From an uncultured Desulfosarcina sp. (GTDB lineage: Bacteria > Desulfobacterota > Desulfobacteria > Desulfobacterales > Desulfosarcinaceae), in NCBI GenBank assembly GCA_963674945.2, contig CAXXWQ010000002.1, positions 384,001 through 448,000 on the forward strand: a stretch of 64,000 nt of DNA, given 5' to 3'. This document shows, piece after piece, positions 52,927 through 61,168 of this stretch (its first letter is position 1; every line of letters starts with the position of its first letter). The notes beneath the pieces were generated by a model, which was not told the DNA's origin, searched no databases, and saw nothing but the letters and a program-made list of their open reading frames with translations. The translations under genes and the position numbers were made by a program.

Positions 52927-53211
52927 CTAAAACAAGGAATGGATGCTTTGCAACACATCTGCTGCTCTAATATTTCCTTTAACACCCTTTTCAGATAGCA
53001 TGTCGATGGCTTCGGATATGGAAACGCCTAATTCGGTCGACACCTCTCTAATGGAGAGCTTTCCGTTTTGATATAGGTCTGCGATGTATGTTTCAAAACC
53101 GATCCTGGCAAGTTTTCGGAATGACTGGGTACTGTCAATTTTTTCGATTTTAGACAGGAAATTAACCGCATGCTCTATGTCTTGGGGAATCCGGATGGAT
53201 TTCACTTTCAT
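52927..53211 (-). CDS. UPF0175-like antitoxin
   Basis: LYQNGKLSIRE..LGVS. Confidence 0.75.
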   Translation of the reverse strand: MKVKSIRIPQDIEHAVNFLSKIEKIDSTQSFRKLARIGFETYIADLYQNGKLSIREVSTELGVSISEAIDMLSEKGVKGNIRAADVLQSIHSLF

Positions 53212-53678
53212 GGTACCCTCCCAATCATGGTATAAACCATCGCATATTCATCATCGCTGATAAACGGCGCCAACTGCTCGAGCATCCAGATCGCCTTTTC
53301 CTGTTTGAAATGTTTCAGCGTAAACAGTTTGTAGATAATCACGGCGGGTAATATGAACGGTATACCGTTTGTAGCGAGCCGTTTTGCCAGTTTGGCATCG
53401 TCTGTCCCGACAGCATCATGCAGTGACTTATCAAATAATCCCACGAGTGCATCGTCTCCCTTGCCACCCTCTTCTGTATTACCGAAAACACTTATTGTTT
53501 CAGCCAATATGTTATTTTCGACGACGAAAGCGTCTTCACAACCTTTTTTCTTGCCGGCGTCAACAACCTCAACTTTGACAGCATGTGGAATTGAGATTGC
53601 ACAAAAGGAGGCGACAACTTCTTTCAAACCGGCTTTTGTAAGTTTTATCAGGCAGTCGGCATCCATCAATATCTTCAT
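53208..53678 (-). CDS. PIN-like (DUF3368-type) toxin
   Basis: LMDADCLIKL, IP..V..EVV, GTDD. Confidence 0.75.
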   Translation of the reverse strand: MKILMDADCLIKLTKAGLKEVVASFCAISIPHAVKVEVVDAGKKKGCEDAFVVENNILAETISVFGNTEEGGKGDDALVGLFDKSLHDAVGTDDAKLAKRLATNGIPFILPAVIIYKLFTLKHFKQEKAIWMLEQLAPFISDDEYAMVYTMIGRVP

Positions 53679-54079
53679 GTGTTAGATTGTAATTATTGTA
53701 TTACGCGTTGTCAACGAAAAACGAAGCAAGGGGGGCGCACAATTAGCTCGGTCTGCATTCTTGTCAGGCTCTGCTATAAATTTCTGCCTCACGAAAAAGT
53801 CAGAGAAATGATTAGCCACCCCAGTTAAATTCGCTTCGCTTTTCACTATCGTGAATGTAACGGGATAGACAGACCCATTCGGAAGGACACGGACAATATA
53901 GGTGATAGGCTATAGGCTGTAGGCGATGGGTAATGAACGAATGCTGAAGGCCGCCAATTCGCTCAATTTTTAAATTGGGAACAGTTGGGGTAGGTTAACC
54001 TAAGCAGTATCGGTACAAATATATATCGGATTTTAAATTTGAAAATTAAGATTAGCTTTTTTTCATCCTGTCCGTTTGA

Positions 54080-55003
54080 ATGAAGAATTCCTATTGTCAT
54101 TGCATCATAAAGGCTTCAAAAATATTTATATTTTTAAGTATTTTTGTCTTTCAATTTGTTTTGATCCAGACATTCAGTGACGTAGCCTTGGCTTATTTGA
54201 CCGTTTCCACAGAAAAAAGACTCATTAAAAGCATTGTACCTCATTCAAAAGATATCCCTGTTTCTGCATCGCACCTTCTTGAAATATGCGGTGATGATAC
54301 AAAAGATCCATCCATATACAGTGGCAATGTAAATTATCCAAACAACAAAACATTATTTTGCTATCTGCCCATTCCCGAGGTCGTTACAAGGCAAATGGAT
54401 CGATATGTCGCCTCGGAATTCAGCATTGAAAATCTGTTGTATGCCAACCTCAAAATTGAAAGGTTAATGAGAGAATACGATGACCTTGAAAAGAGAAGTC
54501 ATGAAATTTTAGAAGGGCTGGATGTACCATTTATCCATGGTGTAGAGTACGAACAACTGTTGCAGCAAAAAGCATCTTTCGTTACCCTTGAAATCGATCG
54601 TGTTACCGAACAGTCCAACTTCATCGCCGGTCCGGAACTGGTTTATGCAACACAAAATAATTCAACTGGTTCAAGAAAACCAATTGCTGCAAAGAAGACC
54701 TTCGGGTCGACACATCGGTTTCGATTCGAGAAACCAGGTGTCAGTTTATCGACCGGATCATCGGTAACCCGTGGATCCTCTCATAAATCCAATGATGCCA
54801 ATCATTCACAGCCGGAATTCGATGCATCCGAATCAAAAAATATACAGTATGGGGTTGATTCAAAGGATCAGTTGCCTCGGCTGATCAGAGTCCTGAGATC
54901 ATTATTCAGATATCTGTTTGAGAATAAAATCGAGGCGGTTTTGTATATCATTTTGATTTACGGTATTGGTCATTTGGTGTTTTCTGCGCGTGGTAAGGGC
55001 TAA
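54080..55003 (+). CDS. hypothetical exported protein with C-terminal TM anchor
   Basis: Hydrophobic N-terminus, C-terminal AVLYIILIYGIGHLVF; no family recognised. Confidence 0.6.
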   Translation: MKNSYCHCIIKASKIFIFLSIFVFQFVLIQTFSDVALAYLTVSTEKRLIKSIVPHSKDIPVSASHLLEICGDDTKDPSIYSGNVNYPNNKTLFCYLPIPEVVTRQMDRYVASEFSIENLLYANLKIERLMREYDDLEKRSHEILEGLDVPFIHGVEYEQLLQQKASFVTLEIDRVTEQSNFIAGPELVYATQNNSTGSRKPIAAKKTFGSTHRFRFEKPGVSLSTGSSVTRGSSHKSNDANHSQPEFDASESKNIQYGVDSKDQLPRLIRVLRSLFRYLFENKIEAVLYIILIYGIGHLVFSARGKG

Positions 55004-55149
55004 TTGGTGATGGGGAAATAAGCTGATAACTCATAGGCGATCGCTGATAGGACACGGATGATGATCGAAGGGAAAAAATGAATTATTGTTTTGCCACGGA
55101 CACACACAGACGCACACGGACAAAAGAAAAAGCAGTAAATTTTACATTT

Positions 55150-55305
55150 CAGTATGGGATACAGGCAAACCTTATCGATAGGCCCGGCTGCGATGGTGAG
55201 CGCCAATCATGAAAACAATGTTTTCCTGCTCGTCAATTTCGTAGAAAAATCGCCATGAACCGATACGATAACGCCATGTTGGCGGTGTAAAATTTTTTAG
55301 TTTTT
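55150..55305 (-). pseudogene. RelE-like toxin 3' fragment
   Basis: KKLKNFTPPTWRYRIGSWRFFYEIDEQENIVFMIGAHHR. Confidence 0.7.
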
Positions 55306-55455
55306 TTATGTTGGAACCGTAATGGTGACCGTTCCCGAATACTGATTGTTGATATCATTCGATATGATGACAACTGGCCTGGTTTTGGCGATTTCCCGCC
55401 CCAGTGTCGGATCTAATGAGGCCAGATGAATCTCCCCCCTTTTAATATCGGTCAT
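55306..55455 (-). pseudogene. MazF/PemK toxin, truncated
   Basis: IKRGEIHLASLDPTLGREIAKTRPVVIISND, then junction to the RelE fragment. Confidence 0.8.
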
Positions 55456-55693
55456 CCCATCCCTCCAAATCGATGACATGAAATTCATCTGCCATATCAA
55501 GGCTTTCTGTATTACAGGCGCGATACCCTTCAGCGAGTTGCTTTTCTAGTTCTGTTTTTCTATCTTGCCCAATCTTGAAGCGAATGGCGTCGGCGATGAA
55601 TGAACTCCGTTTTCTTGGGCCTGATATGGAATCCACCAATTGGATTAATTCTTTCGGTAGGGTGATATTAATGCGTACATTTTCTACGTTCAT
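55442..55693 (-). CDS. RHH antitoxin
   Basis: RINITLP, KRSSFIADAI, LAEGY. Confidence 0.82.
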   Translation of the reverse strand: MNVENVRINITLPKELIQLVDSISGPRKRSSFIADAIRFKIGQDRKTELEKQLAEGYRACNTESLDMADEFHVIDLEGWDDRY

Positions 55694-55949
55694 AAGTTCG
55701 CCCCTTTTTTGTGACATATTGTGTGTAAAATAATGTGTCAAATTGTGGTGAGTGTCAAGAGCTTAGAGCGGAGAGTAATCAGTGATGAGTGAGGAAAGCA
55801 GGTAGATAGTCTTTAGACTGTAGGCTGTAGGAAATTAGCTTATAGCTCATAGGGGATAGCTGATAGGGTAAAAAGCATTGAGCCTGGAGCTGGGAGCAAG
55901 CAGTGATGGGTGATGCGTAATGAGTGATAGGAAACAGGTGGTGTGATAC

Positions 55950-56369
55950 TTATGACTGCAGACTATGGGGTATGGTTTCTGTCACAAAACCTGGAAAACG
56001 CTTTTGAAGTTTTTTATCAAAACTGAAGAGATTTTTAGCCCCATAGTTTTTTGCTTGTTCTACAATTAACAGATCAGCAAAATCACCACCATTTACATAT
56101 TGCTGGGCAGCCTTACGAATCGCTGTCGAGTCGGGAAGGGAAAAAACCGGTGCGGATAGAAGGTTTCCCATGAACATCGAAATTTCTTCACGGTTGCATT
56201 GATAAACAGATTCAAGAACCCATACGGTTTCAATAATCACTTCTGTCAGAAGCAACAGCTTTTTCCCGTTGGCTTCAGCAATATCAATAATTTCTTGTGC
56301 TTTTTTTGCCTGACGTTCATCATCTTCAACCAGCACCCTGACAATGGCGTTGGTATCGAGTGCAATCAT
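55950..56369 (-). CDS. vapC: VapC PIN toxin
   Basis: ALDTNAIVRVL, ETVWVL, DFADLLI, SFDKK. Confidence 0.9.
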   Translation of the reverse strand: MIALDTNAIVRVLVEDDERQAKKAQEIIDIAEANGKKLLLLTEVIIETVWVLESVYQCNREEISMFMGNLLSAPVFSLPDSTAIRKAAQQYVNGGDFADLLIVEQAKNYGAKNLFSFDKKLQKRFPGFVTETIPHSLQS

Positions 56370-56620
56370 TTCGCCGCCCGTTGAAGACGTCTTTTCTGAA
56401 TTTCATTTTCCATCTGGTCAAGAGAAACTATCCGTTCTTTCTTTCTATGTTTTAACATTCCAAAAATAGATGATCCCGATCTTTGTTCTTTCGTAACAAG
56501 GACCTTCCCATCCTCAATTGGAGTGAAGACAAGCTTCTCAGAAGTTTCGATATTAAGAAAATCTCTGATTTTTTTGGGAATTGTTATTTGTCCCTTGGAT
56601 GTTACAGTTCCTGTTTCCAT
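56366..56620 (-). CDS. AbrB/MazE antitoxin
   Basis: TVTSKGQITIPKKIR. Confidence 0.9.
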   Translation of the reverse strand: METGTVTSKGQITIPKKIRDFLNIETSEKLVFTPIEDGKVLVTKEQRSGSSIFGMLKHRKKERIVSLDQMENEIQKRRLQRAAK

Positions 56621-56934
56621 AGTCGTTCTTTTCTGTTTTAAATTTCCTTACATGTTGGTAAGGATATCAGCGCGACCTGCTATTGTCAATGGTGATTGGG
56701 GAGGGCAAAGGGTGATGGGCTGTAGGAAAAGAGCATGGAGCTGGGAGCGTAAAAATTTTTTGCCACGGACACACACGGACTGACACGGACGAGGTTTTTA
56801 TTAGCCTTCGGCTGGAAATGATTCACCGCCCACTTCGTTAAAATTACAGTGATCGCAAAGGTTTGTTTGTCCCCTTCGGGTAGAAAAACATTACATCTCT
56901 ACGAGCTTTGCGTCTTTGTGGTGAAAAATAACAT

Positions 56935-57070
56935 CATAGATAGGCTTGGCAGCGGGGATGCGTGCCAATCATGAAAACAATTTTCTCCAGTTCTTCAATT
57001 TCTTAGAAAAACCGCCATTAACCTATACGGTATGCCACGTTGGAGGTGTAAAATTTTTTAGTTTTTTTTA
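56935..57070 (-). pseudogene. second RelE-like 3' fragment (degenerate copy of 55150-55305)
   Basis: Shares GCCAATCATGAAAACAAT and GGTGTAAAATTTTTTAGTTTTTTT. Confidence 0.65.
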
Positions 57071-57147
57071 GGACAGGATTAACAAGATCGACATGGTTAT
57101 TTCGCCACGGGCGAATAAAACTCCTTTTTGCATTCCAGTATCTTCTT

Positions 57148-58119
57148 TTATATGTTTGCCTGGTAAACGGCAGTACGTTTATCTCCGGTTTTTTTTAGAA
57201 GCTCCAATTTAACTCCATGTTGCAGGTCGCGACTGGCTGTAGCTGTGGAAATTGTTTTAAATAATGCTTGGTATGCTTTTCGTGTAAAAAAATCTGCACC
57301 GAACGAGTCGATCGCCAGATTCAACCTGTCTATGGAAGTAAGCATCACGGATCGCGTTGCGGTCATTAACTCATGAAGCGCATCTATGATGAGGCGTAGC
57401 ATCAAAATGACAAAACCGGTGCAGTCACCTGAATCATCACCCGTGGCCAATTCCCGATAATAGTCATCTTGGCGGGCTTTGATGAAATCTTCAACTGGAA
57501 GATACTCAAAGATGGGATGATATACCATCAATAACCGGGTTTGCCATAGCCTTCCCATTCGGCCGTTACCATCAATAAACGGATGAATGTACTCCACTTG
57601 GTAATGAAACCGGCAGGATTTTATAAGCCAATGATCATCACTGCTTTTCAGATAGGTGAAAAGACTCTGCATCATGGATGCAACGTTTTTCCAGGAAGGA
57701 GACTCATGAAATATATCACCTGGCCGCATTACCCCAATGGGACCGGTGCGAAATGTACCCGATGATGGAATTAGATCCTCCATCAACATCTTATGCGCTT
57801 TCAGGAATGAGGAGATCGACAAGGGCGCAAGTCTTTCGATGGACCGATAGGTGCGAATGGCATTTTGAACTTCCAAGATATCCTGCTTGGGACCGATAAC
57901 CCGTTTTTCATCGATCAGACTTGTCACCTGTTCACGAGTTAACGAATTACCTTCGATGGCAAGGGACGACTGGATCGTATGGATACGGTTTTTTCTCTGT
58001 AGCATAGGGCTTGGCCTGCGCAGTTTGACCCCTTCCAACTGGCCGATTTGTTCTGCGATGCCGGTCATCAGGTTAATTGCTTTTGGAGTTGTCCGGCAGG
58101 TATGCATTTTATGCTTCAT
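57148..58119 (-). CDS. Fic family protein (class II-like, internal inhibitory motif)
   Basis: HPFIDGNGRMGR; SSLAIEGN; C-terminal HTH-like TASRDL; start 58119 preferred because the promoter lies at 58172-58199. Confidence 0.9.
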   Translation of the reverse strand: MKHKMHTCRTTPKAINLMTGIAEQIGQLEGVKLRRPSPMLQRKNRIHTIQSSLAIEGNSLTREQVTSLIDEKRVIGPKQDILEVQNAIRTYRSIERLAPLSISSFLKAHKMLMEDLIPSSGTFRTGPIGVMRPGDIFHESPSWKNVASMMQSLFTYLKSSDDHWLIKSCRFHYQVEYIHPFIDGNGRMGRLWQTRLLMVYHPIFEYLPVEDFIKARQDDYYRELATGDDSGDCTGFVILMLRLIIDALHELMTATRSVMLTSIDRLNLAIDSFGADFFTRKAYQALFKTISTATASRDLQHGVKLELLKKTGDKRTAVYQANI

Positions 58120-58339
58120 TTCCGTGATCTCACTGTTGTTCGTCCAGAAATAGCTTTTACAGCGGATATTTATAGTATCATATGATACTATCATGTCAAG
58201 TATGCGTTTTTTCGAATTCATAGGGGGCGCATCTTAATTATAGACATTTCTGGTGAGAAGAGCTTGGGGCATGGAGAAGGGAGCGGAGAACAGAAGGTAG
58301 GAAGTTGGGAAGAGCAGAAGGGCGGAAAAGCTATTTTGA

Positions 58340-58637
58340 TATTCCACCGCAAAGGCCTTAATTGCACGAAAGGGCTTTCTGCCATCGATAGCCATTCCTT
58401 GATGTCTATTTTCAGGATGAGTCTCTTTTTTGCTGCCAGTAATGCCATTTCCCAGACACTGATGCACGATACATAAATACTATCGTTTTTTACCGCTTTT
58501 TCTATATGTTCGCTGGCTGTTTTGGACAGTAAATCCGGGTTGCTGAGAAACCAGATCCAAACGTGGGGATCCATTACGATCATTTCAGAGTTTCCCAGTC
58601 GTCAAGACCAATCGGCGCAAACGGATCGATATTGCAT
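58340..58637 (-). pseudogene. truncated VapC plus 3' tail of its antitoxin
   Basis: MIVMDPHVWIWF...SCISVWE; upstream IDPFAPIGLDDWETLK*. Confidence 0.7.
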
Positions 58638-58684
58638 TGAGTCTCATATGAATATATTATTGAGACTCAAAGGGAGGTCATTAG

Positions 58685-58972
58685 ATGAAATTTTTAAGTG
58701 TAAGAGAGCTAAAATCCAAATCGGCAAAGGTTTGGAAAGAGTTACCCAGTCAGAAAGAAATGATCGTGACCAGCAATGGCAGGCCTATTGCCATGCTTTC
58801 TTCTATAAATGAAGATAATCTCGAGCAGGTATTAAATGCATTTAGAATTGCAAGAGCAACCAATGCAGTGGCTTCGATCCAATACGAATCGGCAGAACAA
58901 GGGACGGATAAAATTTCTATGGAGGAAATCGAAGTTGAAATCCAAGCAGTAAGATCCAGCCGAAAACAATGA
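58685..58972 (+). CDS. Phd/YefM antitoxin
   Basis: LSVRELK, IVTSNGRPIAML. Confidence 0.88.
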   Translation: MKFLSVRELKSKSAKVWKELPSQKEMIVTSNGRPIAMLSSINEDNLEQVLNAFRIARATNAVASIQYESAEQGTDKISMEEIEVEIQAVRSSRKQ

Positions 58973-59310
58973 AAATTGTACTGGATACAAATGCACTTGT
59001 TTCTGGTCTGCTCACGCCATTTGGTTCGAGCGGCGAGATCGTTCGAATGGTTTTTTCAGGTGAACTTACGTTGTTTTTGGATGCTCGGATATTATCCGAG
59101 TACAAAGATGTTTTGCAGCGTCCAACATTTTGTTTTAACAAGGAAAATGTTGCGACCTTGATTGATTTCATAAAATATTTCGGGCGTTTCGTTTCGAGTT
59201 CACCATTAAGAGATCGGTTGCCGGATCATGACGACGAACCATTTCTCGAAGTGGCCATTGCCGGTGATGTAAATGCCTTGATTAGTGGAAATATCGTTCA
59301 TTACTTTTGC
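58969..59310 (+). pseudogene. PIN-family putative toxin, 3'-truncated against yoeB
   Basis: IVLDTNALVSGL, DDEPFLEVA, ISGN; then reads antisense into yoeB. Confidence 0.7.
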
Positions 59311-59311
59311 A

Positions 59312-59566
59312 TCAGTCACCATAATGGGTCCTTGCCCTATGTATGTAGACCTTATGGTTATCTTCGTCAATTGTATACACTATTCGGTCTTGAAAGCTTA
59401 AACGAACAGAATAAAAACCTTTTAATTGACCAATCAATTTTTTGCCGGAATAGGGTTCGTGGCATAGTTGGTGCTCAAGAATATCTTTGAGTTTGGATTT
59501 CAGGCGTGGTGTGAGTTTGTTCACATCTTTTAAGGCTTCTTTCGTGAATCTGGCTTCATACATCAA
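59312..59566 (-). CDS. yoeB: YoeB/Txe (RelE superfamily) toxin
   Basis: KKL.G.LKGFYS.RL...DRIVY, RARTHYG. Confidence 0.85.
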   Translation of the reverse strand: MMYEARFTKEALKDVNKLTPRLKSKLKDILEHQLCHEPYSGKKLIGQLKGFYSVRLSFQDRIVYTIDEDNHKVYIHRARTHYGD

Positions 59567-59823
59567 GAATCCCCAAAGACGTCATTCATAGAATAGGTAT
59601 CACCATCATTCATTTGGTTGACAGATCGGTTCAAACTTTTCAGCAAGCCTGGAATTGAAAGAAGTTCAAGGGTTTCGATGAGGCTTTCATACTCTTCTGC
59701 AGAGAGCATGACAACGGCACCTGTAGGATGCTGAATTCGAAATATCTGGTGTTTTTCGGTGGCCCCTTTCACGATTTCGAAAAAATTACGGCGGGCATCC
59801 GTTGCTGTTATATTGTTTTTCAT
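59563..59823 (-). CDS. yefM: Phd/YefM antitoxin
   Basis: ITATDARRNFF; TGTAC-core operator at 59842-59858. Confidence 0.85.
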   Translation of the reverse strand: MKNNITATDARRNFFEIVKGATEKHQIFRIQHPTGAVVMLSAEEYESLIETLELLSIPGLLKSLNRSVNQMNDGDTYSMNDVFGDS

Positions 59824-60027
59824 TCTAAATTCCTATGAAAATGTACACTATTCCGTACAGGATAGGCCTGTGGATGATTTTTGTCAATATTCAAGTTTTG
59901 AAAAGAATAAATCAGCCACAGACCCACACAAATTACAGACTATAGGCTGTAGGCTGCAGAAAATTAGCTGAGAGGTCGTAGGTGATAGCTGATAGGACAT
60001 GGATGATGATCGAAACAAAAATTTGAA

Positions 60028-61075
60028 CTGGGGTATGCACTTAAATCCAGCACATACTATATGTTGTGGCCCAGGTCATCGTCAATTGGATCGAGATTTA
60101 AATTTGCTGCCCCTTCCAAAAACGGTAACGATGCACCTTTAAGAGTACTAGCTGGGGCAGGGTCCACCATCACGGCCTGTTGGACCAGCCTGTAAAATAG
60201 TTTTCCGCGAGACACTGATGTTCTACGGTTGAACCTGAATGTGAATTCATCCAAATAGTACATCAAATGAGACGGTCTGACCGCCCCTTGATAAGTACCA
60301 AGTAACCATCGTTTCATGAGCGACGCTACCAAATGTACAATCTTCAAGTCATGCGATGGAATCGCAATATGCTTAAATCCTTTATCGCCAAGGCTGCTAT
60401 AGCCGGGCCAATCATCCGTCCTGATGGTGCTGCCTGGCTGGGCGATTTCTTGTACAAATTGAGTCAGACTATCTCCCGATGCGTCTTCGAGGTGCCAGAG
60501 TCTAATTCGCCCAATTCCTTTTCGGCCTTTATCCTCCACGGCAATACCGACCAAAGCTTTACCTTCAGCACCCCGACCGCGTTTTCCAGACTTTTTCCCA
60601 CCGACATAGGTTTCATCAACTTCAACAATCCCGGACAATCGGTCACGTCCTGGACGAACCATTGCTCTTCGAAGTTTATGGAGCCATTGCCAGGCGGTAT
60701 TATAACTCCCAAGGTTAAGTACTCTCTGAAGCCCAAGTGCATTAGCTCCGTACTTCTGACCTGTAATGTGCCACATAGCCCGAAACCAAAGAGACAAGGG
60801 CTTTCTGGTGCCGTGAAAAATTGTACCGGAAGTTATCGTAGATTGATTTCCACAATCAGTACAATGAAACTGGGATCGTTTAGTTCTCCACGAGGATGCA
60901 GAACCGCAATGAGGGCAACGGAAGCCTTCGGGCCATCTAAGAGCCATCAAATAGTCAGTGCATCCAGCTTCAGAGCTAAATCGTTTTTCAAATTCTATCA
61001 ACGTTCTGGGGTAATCTTCCTCCATAGACTGGTACACTATATGTTGTGGCCACTGGAGTCAAGTGCATACCCCAG
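60028..61075 (-). mobile_element. IS1595-family element, copy 2 (inverted relative to copy 1)
   Basis: Same IRs; TSD AATTTGAA at 60020-60027 and 61076-61083. Confidence 0.92.
60057..61037 (-). CDS. IS1595 transposase
   Basis: Protein identical to 14389-15369. Confidence 0.93.
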   Translation of the reverse strand: MYQSMEEDYPRTLIEFEKRFSSEAGCTDYLMALRWPEGFRCPHCGSASSWRTKRSQFHCTDCGNQSTITSGTIFHGTRKPLSLWFRAMWHITGQKYGANALGLQRVLNLGSYNTAWQWLHKLRRAMVRPGRDRLSGIVEVDETYVGGKKSGKRGRGAEGKALVGIAVEDKGRKGIGRIRLWHLEDASGDSLTQFVQEIAQPGSTIRTDDWPGYSSLGDKGFKHIAIPSHDLKIVHLVASLMKRWLLGTYQGAVRPSHLMYYLDEFTFRFNRRTSVSRGKLFYRLVQQAVMVDPAPASTLKGASLPFLEGAANLNLDPIDDDLGHNI

Positions 61076-61168
61076 AATTTGAATTGTTGTTTTGCCACGG
61101 ACACACACAGACGGACAAGGACGGGGTTTGATCAACTGTTCAACTTCGGTTGGGAGAGTAGAATTATA

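Noticed and set aside
59310..59490. Extended C-termini of ORFs 58969-59490, 40992-41354 and 58218-58583
   Set aside because: Read-through into unrelated or antisense DNA after truncation, not real domains
38400..60000. Classical integron/superintegron
   Set aside because: No tyrosine integrase and no consistent attC (RYYYAAC...GTTRRRY) found by eye; IntegronFinder is needed to exclude it fully
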